From positions 124,001-188,000 of IMG/VR virus record IMGVR_UViG_3300020165_000007: DNA of 64,000 nucleotides, one strand, 5' to 3'. The notes beneath the pieces were generated by a model. It saw only the letters and a program-made list of their open reading frames with translations. It did not search any database and was not told where the DNA came from. Positions 18,799-28,688 of this stretch are shown piece after piece. The position numbers were made by a program, and so were the translations under genes. Every line of letters begins with the position of its first letter. Positions within the stretch are counted from its first letter, which is position 1.

Positions 18799-20651
18799 TT
18801 TGATTTAAAATCACCATTATCATATACATAATAAGTATCAGTTCCATTACCTTTTCTTGACACTACATACCATGTTTTACCACCGTCCTCACCTGCTTTT
18901 TTCGCAGATAAGTAATTATATACATCCTCACTTAAATTATCCCTTACGAATGATTTGAAACTATCTTCCTCATTCTTATACGTAACAATCTCGGCAGATG
19001 GTAGAAGATTACGGACCTTATTTACTATTTCCATAATTATTCCATCAAATTCACTCATGTCGTACTTTCCTTGTGAGGCTGTTTCTATAAATGCATCAAC
19101 TATAGAATAACCCATACTGTCCTGAACGCTACCTAAACCTCCAGGTACAAGCCTTTCAATAATATTAACCATAGTTCCAACAAAGCTATTAGGGTCATCT
19201 TCCCCTTTCTGTCTAAGAACATCAAAAAGAACTCCAACTCTTTCGTAGGCCCATTCACTTAATCCTTGTTTCCATATTGTATTAAAATCAATTTTAAAAT
19301 TATTTAAATCCGTATCAAACATATCGGAAAGCCCGTCTAATAATGAGTTCCAACCAGACTCAATTAAACCTCTCAGAATATCAAATACAAATATAATAAC
19401 CGATTGTGCAAACCAACCTACAAAATAACCAACAAGTGATTGTGCCAAATAAACTAATGCATATTTCAACTTTTTACCTCCAGTTTCTCCTGCGGATGTC
19501 CTAATTAAACCCAAATACTGCTTATTTAAACCTGCAAATTGATTTGTAAGCATAAATTGACCTACTGACGTTCTAGGGTCAATTAATGATTTTACGGCCT
19601 CCATTCTTTGACCTTTAGTTAATAATTGTTTTACTGTTAATAATAATTCACCTGAAAATGACTTCATAACGTCTCCCATTATTTCTCCCACACCCTCTCC
19701 GGACTTCTCCCAAGTGTCATTAAAAATACTAAAAAACGGTATTTCACCATCCCTAATTAAATTTGTTATTTCAGAATCTAAACCTGCATCGGCAAGAACT
19801 TCTGCGGCCGCTCCGTCTTTTTTAATTTCTAACTGGTTTAATAATCTTGTTATTGCAACTGCATAAGCTTCTGTAATTTCTTTAATTTTTTTATCTGAAT
19901 TTTGTTGACTTTTGGCAATTGCGACATCAGTTATGTAACCCGCATTTAATTCCTTAATTTCCTGTTTTACCTTATCAAAACTTTTTACAAACAATGTAAA
20001 GAAATCTTGAATAAATAATGTTGGAGTTTTATCATCAATAACTTTTCTGAGCTTTCTCATTTGTCTCTTACTTAGTTTAGTAGGGGCTACACCTGATAAA
20101 GTATCTACAAAACTACTTGGTTTATTAACGTATATATCTAATTGTTTTTTTACAGTATCAAAAATCCCATTTACATTAATAGGTTTTTGTGGTGAGTCAC
20201 CAACAACACGATTTAATGCCGTTACTAACTCGGTACCGGGTTTCTTCATTCCTTTTCTTAATTTTTCTAAAAATTCTCTCTCACTCATACTATTCTTTCT
20301 TTGGATATCCTTTAAAAATCCTTTATAAAATTCTAATGCAAGTTCATCGTCGTCATTTATAAGTTTACCCAATAGAGTTTTTTCAGTTTCACCCATTTCG
20401 GATACTCTACCATTAAAATCTTCTAAAATATAAATAAGACTATCAAAATTTTCTCTTTTGAACGTTGTACCACCTATTTCTATTTCTAAAAAATCACTTT
20501 TTTTAAGTGCCTTATTGACATATTTTAATATGTTATCGTATACACTGCTACCAATACTTTCTTTTAATATCGTTTTAGGTAAAGACATAATTTCCTTCAT
20601 CCTATGTATTTCAATAAGAATATTAGGGTTAGTTAAATGTAATAGGTCCAT
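18795..20651 (-). CDS. Large helical protein with a hydrophobic segment
   Basis: Leader ILIEIHRMKEIMSL...ILKE; hydrophobic YALVYLAQSLVGYFVGWFAQSVIIFVF. Confidence 0.7.
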   Translation of the reverse strand: MDLLHLTNPNILIEIHRMKEIMSLPKTILKESIGSSVYDNILKYVNKALKKSDFLEIEIGGTTFKRENFDSLIYILEDFNGRVSEMGETEKTLLGKLINDDDELALEFYKGFLKDIQRKNSMSEREFLEKLRKGMKKPGTELVTALNRVVGDSPQKPINVNGIFDTVKKQLDIYVNKPSSFVDTLSGVAPTKLSKRQMRKLRKVIDDKTPTLFIQDFFTLFVKSFDKVKQEIKELNAGYITDVAIAKSQQNSDKKIKEITEAYAVAITRLLNQLEIKKDGAAAEVLADAGLDSEITNLIRDGEIPFFSIFNDTWEKSGEGVGEIMGDVMKSFSGELLLTVKQLLTKGQRMEAVKSLIDPRTSVGQFMLTNQFAGLNKQYLGLIRTSAGETGGKKLKYALVYLAQSLVGYFVGWFAQSVIIFVFDILRGLIESGWNSLLDGLSDMFDTDLNNFKIDFNTIWKQGLSEWAYERVGVLFDVLRQKGEDDPNSFVGTMVNIIERLVPGGLGSVQDSMGYSIVDAFIETASQGKYDMSEFDGIIMEIVNKVRNLLPSAEIVTYKNEEDSFKSFVRDNLSEDVYNYLSAKKAGEDGGKTWYVVSRKGNGTDTYYVYDNGDFKSK

Positions 20652-20724
20652 AGTTTTTTATAATAAATACTTGGCAGAATAAAAAAAAATTAATATATTT
20701 GTAGAGAACAAAATTAATTCAATA

Positions 20725-20949
20725 ATGAAATACTCAGTTAAGGAAGTTGTTATTTATAAAAAAGAAACAGTAACAATAAGGGAAGTACATAAAGTTGGTA
20801 GTACTTATGCTTATGTTCTGAGTAGTGGTGAAAGTTGTTTTGAGGATGAATTACGTAAATCATCTAAAGACCGTTATGTCTCACATGTCAATAACTTAAT
20901 TAGAGAGAATATGGACGATATTTTAAAGTACTGTTTTAGTCCTGTCTAA
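20725..20949 (+). CDS. Small hypothetical protein
   Basis: 74 aa, TATATTTG promoter element upstream. Confidence 0.65.
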   Translation: MKYSVKEVVIYKKETVTIREVHKVGSTYAYVLSSGESCFEDELRKSSKDRYVSHVNNLIRENMDDILKYCFSPV

Positions 20950-22747
20950 AAACAGATGAGTCGCAGCTATATTGTGTTAGTCTCATATCTGGTTCCGACT
21001 TTCTTTTACGTAATCCATCATAAAAATATATGGTGCCGTCAATATCATAGGATATCTCTTGTTCCCTTTCAACACTACTATCGTTTTTTCTTCTATTATA
21101 TTTTATTTCTTTTGCGTTTGGGTGATTGATAACACACGGATAGTCTTCTTTAAATTTATTCTTTTTTTCTTCGTCGCTTTTTGGTTTATCATCTGTACCC
21201 GAAACTAGTTCAAATATAGTTTTATTATTAGATTCCTCTAAAGTACGTAACGCTTCATAAAGTGATTCCATTGACTCCTCAGCTACTTTATCAGGGTTTT
21301 GACCTAACGCCCTTATAGTAGACGCCCCTAAAATTGTAGTAAATATACCACCCATCTGTAATCCCATATTTAAAGTAGATTTTAAAAAGTTTGTTTCTTC
21401 AAGTATTTCAGATACGGCCTCTAAAGATTTTTTAGTTAATGGTTTTGACATACCAGACTCATTCAATTTAATAATTGCGTCGTCTACATATTTTTTAAAA
21501 TTACCCGCCTTTGTGATTAATTCTCTACTTGAGGCATAAAAAGAATAAACAAGAGACCTTTCTTCTTTTGACAGATTTTTTAACGCCGACCAAATTACTG
21601 TAGGTTTAACCTCACCTGACAAGAATTTAATATAGTTTGTTATAAATCCAATAACCCTAACGAATGATGTTTTACCTATCTTTGTCCCTAATTGTTTAAA
21701 TACTGAAGAGCCTATGTCACCGAATAAAGGTATCAAACCGATAGATAATGATATAAGTGCACCAAATTTATCATTTTTATTTTTCCATAAATCGTAAGCA
21801 TGTGCAAATTCAATAGAAAATGATGCGACTGGATTTATAAAAAACATAAGACCAGCTAATAAATCACACCAAAATTCTTCATAGGCATAATCAATACCTA
21901 TTAATTTAAATGCCCCAACATTCTTACCTTCAGTACCAAACCATTCATCAAAAATACTATCCTCACCACAAACAAGTGAAGATAATTGTTTGAAACCAAT
22001 CTCTGACATTTCAGAAGCTTCATTCCACCATATTTCTAAACCACTTGCTTGTAAAACTTCTTTTTTAGGTTGTTGGTAGATATTATTGTTATCATTTTTA
22101 TAGTATTTAAAATACCAATCAATACTAAAAGGATTATTTTTATTACTCTCAGTGTTTAGATTCTTAGATATTTTACCCCCTAATAGAGTACGATAATTAG
22201 TGCCGTTTATTTTTAGTTTTTGAGAAACGCCATTAGGGTAAATTCTCTGTAGTTGGTCATATAACGAATTTCTTAATCCACTCTCAAACTCTTCTCCGTA
22301 TTTTTCACCGTATTCATTAAACCAATCGTCCATAGTTTTATCTGATGAGTTATTAATAGGAGACTCGATAAAACTTTCATACAACTCCTTCCAGTTAGAA
22401 TTAATTGTTTTTATTACTTTAGTGTTTTCCGGAAAATACATTACTCCTTTTGGTGTGTTATACATACACCACCCTTTATACACGGGGTGTTCGACTGTTC
22501 CTGCAACTGCTAAATCAGGACTACCACAATTTTTAGGGTACCCGAAATCACTCCCTGTTATATCTTCATCCGATTGATATTGTTTAATTTTAATAGGGTC
22601 ATTCTTTATTGAGGATGATATTTTACCTACCTCAACATCTCTTAATGGTCCTGATGGTTTTTTATCTTGTTCAGATAAAACTTTAGACCTATCGTAATTC
22701 ATAAGTCTATTCATCTCCACTAACTGTATTCTAATATTTTCCTCCAT
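20936..22747 (-). CDS. Large protein with hydrophobic hairpin (pre-toxin/membrane-inserting-like)
   Basis: Leader QLVEMNRLMNYDRSKVLSEQ; GALISLSIGLIPLFGDIG resembles pre-toxin TG-type helices. Confidence 0.6.
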   Translation of the reverse strand: MEENIRIQLVEMNRLMNYDRSKVLSEQDKKPSGPLRDVEVGKISSSIKNDPIKIKQYQSDEDITGSDFGYPKNCGSPDLAVAGTVEHPVYKGWCMYNTPKGVMYFPENTKVIKTINSNWKELYESFIESPINNSSDKTMDDWFNEYGEKYGEEFESGLRNSLYDQLQRIYPNGVSQKLKINGTNYRTLLGGKISKNLNTESNKNNPFSIDWYFKYYKNDNNNIYQQPKKEVLQASGLEIWWNEASEMSEIGFKQLSSLVCGEDSIFDEWFGTEGKNVGAFKLIGIDYAYEEFWCDLLAGLMFFINPVASFSIEFAHAYDLWKNKNDKFGALISLSIGLIPLFGDIGSSVFKQLGTKIGKTSFVRVIGFITNYIKFLSGEVKPTVIWSALKNLSKEERSLVYSFYASSRELITKAGNFKKYVDDAIIKLNESGMSKPLTKKSLEAVSEILEETNFLKSTLNMGLQMGGIFTTILGASTIRALGQNPDKVAEESMESLYEALRTLEESNNKTIFELVSGTDDKPKSDEEKKNKFKEDYPCVINHPNAKEIKYNRRKNDSSVEREQEISYDIDGTIYFYDGLRKRKSEPDMRLTQYSCDSSVFRQD

Positions 22748-22759
22748 ATCAAATAAATA

Positions 22760-23440
22760 TTACGTTAAAGTATTTGATTTACCTCTATTAATTCCAGATT
22801 CCCATTTACTATTTTGGTCAATCATATTTCCCTTACCTCTACTTATATTAGAATTCCATACATTAATAGTTAATTGATTTGCAGGTCCACGAGTTAAACC
22901 TGTTTCCCATGTAGAAGTATTACTGTTTGTAGAACTAGAATCTCCTCCTGTAGTTTCTCCTCCACCTTCATCTTGTTCGTTAAACTCAGACTCTACATTA
23001 CCATATATTTCGGGATACCTAAGACCAAACATTTTAAGTAATTCACCTGCCTTAGCATTCGCTTCATCCTCTATTTTACCACCAACATTTTGTATTTTAC
23101 CTTCAAGTTCACCGTCTTCATTTTGATGATGATGAACCAATTCATGTGCGACCGACCTCATAACGTCTTGTAACGCTCTTTCTTTAGTATATACCGTAAC
23201 TTCAGCATTCTCTATATCTGCATTTTCACCGTCTTCGTACCTATAAACCGCAGTTGTATCTACTTTGGATTTATCCTCCGTGTAATCAATACGAACGTTA
23301 TTTTTTATATTTAATTCTTTAACAGTTAAATCAACAAACTTATCTAATAAAATTCTTTCATTATTATCAAATGATTCATCACCCTCATTAATACTCATAA
23401 GGGTTTTTATTCTATTGATATCTTCGTTAAGTAAATTCAT
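22760..23440 (-). CDS. HExxH metallopeptidase-like protein
   Basis: RSVAHELVHHHQ...EDEANAKAG; leader LLNEDINRIKTLMSINE. Confidence 0.65.
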   Translation of the reverse strand: MNLLNEDINRIKTLMSINEGDESFDNNERILLDKFVDLTVKELNIKNNVRIDYTEDKSKVDTTAVYRYEDGENADIENAEVTVYTKERALQDVMRSVAHELVHHHQNEDGELEGKIQNVGGKIEDEANAKAGELLKMFGLRYPEIYGNVESEFNEQDEGGGETTGGDSSSTNSNTSTWETGLTRGPANQLTINVWNSNISRGKGNMIDQNSKWESGINRGKSNTLT

Positions 23441-23457
23441 ATTCAATAAATACTACG

Positions 23458-24432
23458 TTAGAAAGAACATGACGGAACTGTAATTTTTTTTTCACTTGTT
23501 TTATTGTTTATTTTTATTACAACAGATATTTCATGAGCACCACCTGTGGTGGGACCTAATTGTGATATAGTAACATCATAATTGTAAAAGAACATTAATT
23601 CTCCCGTATCTACACCCATATTTAATAATAAAGCATCCCTATAAGAGTATCCTTCTACAAGTCTTAACCCACCACCAAATAAGAATTTACCTTTTCTAAT
23701 ATTATTATTTAATGTTAGTTGTGTGAACTGACCTTGTCGTAGTATTGAAATTGATGGTGTATAAGTCACGTCTTCATTCCTATCGGTAGATTTATCTAAG
23801 GGTATTATCACCCCTCCGTGAATATTATATTTTACTGGTAAGTAACTTTCTCCATATATTAACGTTTGGTTCGGTTGGTTTATATGTGACACACTAAATC
23901 CTGCAAACCATTTATGATTAAATAAAAGTATTCCTGTACCTACATCAAAATAATTAACTTTAAAGTTATTTAAAAAAGATTCATTTGTGTAATTAGTAAA
24001 CGCGACACCGTTAAAAGAATCTTCAAAGAACAGTTTTTTACTATCTATGAAATTTTGCTTATAACTAAATTCCAAACCAAATTTAATATTTAAATTATTA
24101 GTTAGTTTTTGTTGATTACTATAATAGGTGTTAAATGAATTTAATGAGTATATTCCATTGGCGGACCTATCATTCATCATTAATATACCGAAACCACTTT
24201 TCAAATCTCTAATATATTGTTCGTAAGTTACAACGCTAGTTACGTATTGACTACCTAATGATGGCCAATGATTTCTATATGTCATACTTAACTCAGGACA
24301 ATTCCTTGACCCAGCGAATGCGGGATTCAAGTACAAAACACTACTGTTTATTTGTGAAAATGAAACGTCTTGAGAAAAACCTATTGCAAACAAACTTAAA
24401 AACCCAAAAATTAATAAAATCTTCTTAATCAT
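23458..24432 (-). CDS. PorP/SprF-family type IX secretion outer-membrane protein
   Basis: Signal peptide then QDVSFSQ, LYLNPAFAG, YRNHWP, HINQPN, YNYDVT, GAHEISV and terminal CSF; beta-barrel-like pattern. Confidence 0.85.
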   Translation of the reverse strand: MIKKILLIFGFLSLFAIGFSQDVSFSQINSSVLYLNPAFAGSRNCPELSMTYRNHWPSLGSQYVTSVVTYEQYIRDLKSGFGILMMNDRSANGIYSLNSFNTYYSNQQKLTNNLNIKFGLEFSYKQNFIDSKKLFFEDSFNGVAFTNYTNESFLNNFKVNYFDVGTGILLFNHKWFAGFSVSHINQPNQTLIYGESYLPVKYNIHGGVIIPLDKSTDRNEDVTYTPSISILRQGQFTQLTLNNNIRKGKFLFGGGLRLVEGYSYRDALLLNMGVDTGELMFFYNYDVTISQLGPTTGGAHEISVVIKINNKTSEKKITVPSCSF

Positions 24433-24498
24433 ACCTATAAATATCAAAAAATATGTCTATTTATTTGTAGATTAACTAAATATACTTATATTTGTAAT

Positions 24499-25008
24499 AT
24501 GAAACACTACCTCACCCTTTTATCTTTAGTTTTACTCTTCTCAGGATGTTATCAATATGCGGAACATACCTACCCTACTATGGACGGCACATATATCCTT
24601 AGGTCTATTACTGTAAACAGTACAGATATATTAAATTCCGAACTTGTAGACGACGACCCTCTTTCATTAATCTACCCTAACCCTATTGGTCCTTTGGATT
24701 CCATGAAAGTAAATAAGAGTCGTATTAGTATTAGTGGTGACCGTTTATTTGCTGGATACTACTTAGAAAATGGAGGAGACCATTGGAGAGTAGAATATCC
24801 AGTTAATATTACTCAAGACTTCGTTACAGGTCGATGGGTTAATATGAATGTTTCTTATAATACCCCACAACTTAACACGTATCGTCATTACGTAATTATA
24901 GAGGATGGTTTAGAATATTTAATTTTAGAATGTCCAAAACAATATCCAGAGGGTGTTGAAGGTAATGAATATAGTTATTCATTAACTTTTTATAGGGAAG
25001 GACCTTAA
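24499..25008 (+). CDS. Putative lipoprotein
   Basis: Lipobox LFSG-C; promoter TTTG 24464 / TATATTTG 24487. Confidence 0.7.
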   Translation: MKHYLTLLSLVLLFSGCYQYAEHTYPTMDGTYILRSITVNSTDILNSELVDDDPLSLIYPNPIGPLDSMKVNKSRISISGDRLFAGYYLENGGDHWRVEYPVNITQDFVTGRWVNMNVSYNTPQLNTYRHYVIIEDGLEYLILECPKQYPEGVEGNEYSYSLTFYREGP

Positions 25009-25529
25009 TCTAGAAGGTTCTTAACCTGTTCTATATTCTTAATGAATTTTTCTGGGTTATCTATCGCCCATTGTTTAACAGACTCAGGTAGGGAAGATTT
25101 TTTTAGTTCCTGAAGTACTATTTTAACCTTATCCTTACCTATAGACTCATTTATTTCGTTACTAACCATTACGTCACCTAACATACTAAACAGCTTATGT
25201 TTTAGTTGTGGAGTTGGAGCAACAAACGTAATCTCAAAACCGTTATCGTCAGCCCATCGAATTAGTTCGTCTCCATTTAAAAATTGTTGTCTTTTTTGTG
25301 GAAATTTATCTACAAGTTTAGATGGAGAAGCTACTACCGAAACTATTTTTAAGGTGGGTGTAATAATTATTGCAATTTTTTGCTCATCCATACCAAAAAA
25401 AACTTGTTTAGTTAAAAATATTCTACCTAAAAGTTTAAGAATAAAGTCTTCATAAGAACTTTTCTCTCTTTCAGGTTTATTCGGAACATTAAATGAGCCG
25501 GATTCGTTAAGATATTTTTTATCTGCCAT
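25005..25529 (-). CDS. Hypothetical protein
   Basis: MADKKYLNES start; TATTTATA motif upstream. Confidence 0.7.
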   Translation of the reverse strand: MADKKYLNESGSFNVPNKPEREKSSYEDFILKLLGRIFLTKQVFFGMDEQKIAIIITPTLKIVSVVASPSKLVDKFPQKRQQFLNGDELIRWADDNGFEITFVAPTPQLKHKLFSMLGDVMVSNEINESIGKDKVKIVLQELKKSSLPESVKQWAIDNPEKFIKNIEQVKNLLD

Positions 25530-25547
25530 CACATCTATAAATATGCG

Positions 25548-25856
25548 TTACCTATAATCGGCGTCAGGTAATTTAGTCTCATAAATTAAATAATATTCAT
25601 TTAAAAATGAAACTAAATTATCGTTGTCAATAAAGAAGTCGTCCTCCTCTTCAAACCCTAAATCCCAATCATCATCCATATCACTAAAAATGTCAAAAGA
25701 AGTAAAGTTTTCTCCATACCCAAAATCCTGTAAGTATTGAAACTCTATGGTATCAGACCTAACTAAATCTTCTCCATCATTTCTTAATCTAAATTCTACC
25801 TCAACAACGTTATTGTCTTTATTAATAAAGTTTGTTATTATTTCTACGACTTCCAT
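25548..25856 (-). CDS. Acidic hypothetical protein
   Basis: 102 aa ORF. Confidence 0.7.
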   Translation of the reverse strand: MEVVEIITNFINKDNNVVEVEFRLRNDGEDLVRSDTIEFQYLQDFGYGENFTSFDIFSDMDDDWDLGFEEEDDFFIDNDNLVSFLNEYYLIYETKLPDADYR

Positions 25857-25902
25857 TTTTTTATTTTAAATCTTTTATTTTATTACAAATATCAAAAAAA
25901 TC

Positions 25903-26214
25903 ATGAAAAGACAATTATTAATAGACGAATATTCATTTAACGATGGAGAATTGAATATAATTTTTCAAGATGGGGATAAAAATTACCGAGAAGATAACAT
26001 AGATGAAGATATTTTCGAATCTTATATTACCGCATCAGGTAGATTAGAAGGGTTTGAAGATATGTGGGATGGGTATAGTGAGTCTCATTATACTAAAGAC
26101 TATATTATGGACTATTCCTACTGGTTAAGTGAAATTTGTGAGAGTAGTGACATTTTAGATTTTATTTACTATTATTACGAAAGTAATAAATTACCTAAAA
26201 TACTTGAAGAATGA
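25903..26214 (+). CDS. Acidic hypothetical protein
   Basis: 103 aa ORF overlapping the rmlC start. Confidence 0.7.
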   Translation: MKRQLLIDEYSFNDGELNIIFQDGDKNYREDNIDEDIFESYITASGRLEGFEDMWDGYSESHYTKDYIMDYSYWLSEICESSDILDFIYYYYESNKLPKILEE

Positions 26215-26852
26215 ATTTAATCTCCACTTCCTTTGATAACGTATATCTTATTGAGGAACCTGTCCATACTGATGATAGGGGTTTTTTTATGGAAACATGG
26301 AATGAAATAGGATACTCTAATAGAAAGTTACTTAAAGATATACCTTCACTAAAAGCGATACAGAATGACGATTCATTATTCTCAACTCTGTTTGTTCAAG
26401 ATAACCTATCTAAATCAAAATTAGGGGTCTTTAGAGGACTACATTATCAAACAGGTGACTTTCCTCAGCCCAAATTAGTTAGAGTATTAAAAGGGTCCGT
26501 AATCGATTTTATAGTTGATTTGAGAGAGGATTCTAAAACCTACGGTAAGTTTGAGTTTTTTGAATTAAATGATAAAAATAATATGAGTTTATTTATTCCC
26601 TCATACTTCGCTCACGGATTTTTATCTTTAGAAGACGATACTCTTCTTTCTTACAAGTGTGGTAGTTATTACAGTAAAGAAAGTGAAGGAAGCGTAAATT
26701 ATAATGACCCAGTCATCAGACATGTAATTAACAATAAAGACACAATTAAAGACGTTATAGAAATTAACTTACCTCATCATAATGAAAAAGATTTACTCAT
26801 ATCTGATAAAGATAAAAACGCACCAAAATTCCTTTATAGAAGGCATGAATGA
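26211..26852 (+). CDS. rmlC: dTDP-4-dehydrorhamnose 3,5-epimerase
   Basis: DDRGFFME, FVQDNLSKS, RGLHYQ, VDLR, FAHGF, YKC and SDKD motifs. Confidence 0.93.
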   Translation: MNLISTSFDNVYLIEEPVHTDDRGFFMETWNEIGYSNRKLLKDIPSLKAIQNDDSLFSTLFVQDNLSKSKLGVFRGLHYQTGDFPQPKLVRVLKGSVIDFIVDLREDSKTYGKFEFFELNDKNNMSLFIPSYFAHGFLSLEDDTLLSYKCGSYYSKESEGSVNYNDPVIRHVINNKDTIKDVIEINLPHHNEKDLLISDKDKNAPKFLYRRHE

Positions 26853-27021
26853 ATATGAATTGTTTTCACATACAGAAAAAATAATTGATTCTTTAAATAA
26901 AAAGGAACAATGCAATTCAACTTTACGATATATAGAGTTGTATTATAAAAGAACTGAAAATTTTGTACTATACAATACTTTGTTACGAAAACTTAATAAT
27001 AAAAAATCCCTCCTAATGTGA
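26845..27021 (+). CDS. Small hypothetical protein
   Basis: Start MNEYELF overlaps the rmlC stop; terminator follows. Confidence 0.5.
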   Translation: MNEYELFSHTEKIIDSLNKKEQCNSTLRYIELYYKRTENFVLYNTLLRKLNNKKSLLM

Positions 27022-27033
27022 GGGATTTTTTAT

Positions 27034-27906
27034 TTAGATAAATTTCTTAAATCTATCAAACATTTCTACTATTCGTTCTTTTTGTTTTATAAAGTCTTCC
27101 ATTAGGTCTTCGTCAACATCTTCATATGTCTCACCACATCCTTCACACACATCTTCCTCCTCAACCTCTTCGTATGTTTCACCACATCCTTCACACACAT
27201 CTTCCTCATCAACCTCTTCGTATGTTTCACCATCCATGGAACCGTCTGAATTGAAATTATAAGCCCCCATTTCACCACTATACTTTTCCTTACCGTCTAA
27301 GTCTTGATTCATATCTGAATCAACATCATCATACTCGGCAGCACTCATCTCACCCCCAAACATTTGCATGATGGAATCAATATCCATACCATAAGAATCG
27401 GAAATATCAGTTGTAGAGTCATCAAATTGTTCAGGACCTCCAGATTCAAAGTCGTAAGCTGATTCTACATCTGACACATCCATATCATCAGCCGCGTATT
27501 CTTTAACTTCCTCCTGTAATGATTTACACTTTTCACTATTCATGTTTAAGAATAATTGAGCCTGTTTCTCTGGTTTTCCACCTTCTTTTCGGGCTTTTTC
27601 AACACAGTCACATGTAACTTCACCCCCACAGTATTCAGTAAAACTACCTTTATCCATATCAACTTTCTGAATCCAATCTTTATCTTCTTCACTAACAACA
27701 GATTCGTTAACCAAATGATTTTTGTATTGACCGACCTCACCTCTGTTGTTAACGGTAATACCTTGTGAATCTGATGGACCTTCGTCCTGTAATAATGGTT
27801 GTGGACCTGATGGAATATTACCAGTAGCATATCCGTTGTAGAATGCTGAGTGTTGCTGAAGGATTGAATTTCTCTCTTCGTCTGACATTGTAGAATAACC
27901 TCTCAT
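27034..27906 (-). CDS. Acidic protein with CxxC tandem repeats, possibly head-associated
   Basis: MRGYSTMSDEERNSILQQH; VCEGCGETYEEV repeated; TATTTATA upstream. Confidence 0.7.
   Translation of the reverse strand: MRGYSTMSDEERNSILQQHSAFYNGYATGNIPSGPQPLLQDEGPSDSQGITVNNRGEVGQYKNHLVNESVVSEEDKDWIQKVDMDKGSFTEYCGGEVTCDCVEKARKEGGKPEKQAQLFLNMNSEKCKSLQEEVKEYAADDMDVSDVESAYDFESGGPEQFDDSTTDISDSYGMDIDSIMQMFGGEMSAAEYDDVDSDMNQDLDGKEKYSGEMGAYNFNSDGSMDGETYEEVDEEDVCEGCGETYEEVEEEDVCEGCGETYEDVDEDLMEDFIKQKERIVEMFDRFKKFI
27121..27232. repeat. 48-bp tandem coding repeat, about 2.3 copies
   Basis: Encodes GETYEEV[DE]EEDVCEGC units. Confidence 0.85.
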
Positions 27907-27986
27907 GACTATTTTTTTATATAAATATGTTTTACTTACAGAATAATTTGACATCTTAAATAAAGATTTGTATGTTTAAAACAAAA

Positions 27987-28235
27987 ATGGATAAAACTAA
28001 GTACTTCGATTTTGCTGAGGGAGCTGTAATGTTAGATGGTTTTGATGACTGTGTAATAGGTATTTCAGAGTCTTTCGGAGAAGAACCTCGTCTTATATAC
28101 TCCAAAATACAGATAATAAAAAAGTTAATGGAGGATATGACAGAAGACGAAGCTGTTGAATACTACTACTATAATATAGTTGGTGGTTATTTTGGTATAC
28201 AAAACCCGATTTTCATTCAAGATAATTTGGATTAA
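27987..28235 (+). CDS. Conserved small phage protein
   Basis: DGFDDCVIG...EAVEYYYYNIVGGYFG..NPIF pattern familiar from phage hypotheticals. Confidence 0.75.
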   Translation: MDKTKYFDFAEGAVMLDGFDDCVIGISESFGEEPRLIYSKIQIIKKLMEDMTEDEAVEYYYYNIVGGYFGIQNPIFIQDNLD

Positions 28236-28277
28236 TTGGTATAAAGTCGTATATTTGTTTTCACAAAAGAGAATAAT

Positions 28278-28688
28278 ATGACTGTACATGAACTTAGTGA
28301 CTACTTCAACCAATCTCCGAACATGGCAAAAGTTTATAAAGAACATAAGTCCATCGGTCGTTTGATTCGTAGTAATATGTTTAAGTACTCTAATCCTCGT
28401 CGTTGGAATAATAAGGACTTGACTTATAAAATCACGTACATTAAGGTCGACAAGAGTGAAAATTTAATAGTCAATCTCAAAGTCTCAGGTACGATGGGTA
28501 ATAATTGGGGTGGAGAAAAGGGGACTTGTGTTACTGAATATGTTAAAGTTAATTTCTCAAGTTCCCGTAGACGTAATGATGATATTCGTAGGGCGGTTCG
28601 AGAAGATGTTCAAAAGTTTTTCCGTCTTTTCGGTATGGATAGTTATAGGGTTGAGATTGGTAAGATTAAAGTGTGTAAAGAACTTTAA
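28278..28688 (+). CDS. Basic hypothetical protein
   Basis: Promoter TTTG 28226 / TATATTTG 28250. Confidence 0.75.
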   Translation: MTVHELSDYFNQSPNMAKVYKEHKSIGRLIRSNMFKYSNPRRWNNKDLTYKITYIKVDKSENLIVNLKVSGTMGNNWGGEKGTCVTEYVKVNFSSSRRRNDDIRRAVREDVQKFFRLFGMDSYRVEIGKIKVCKEL

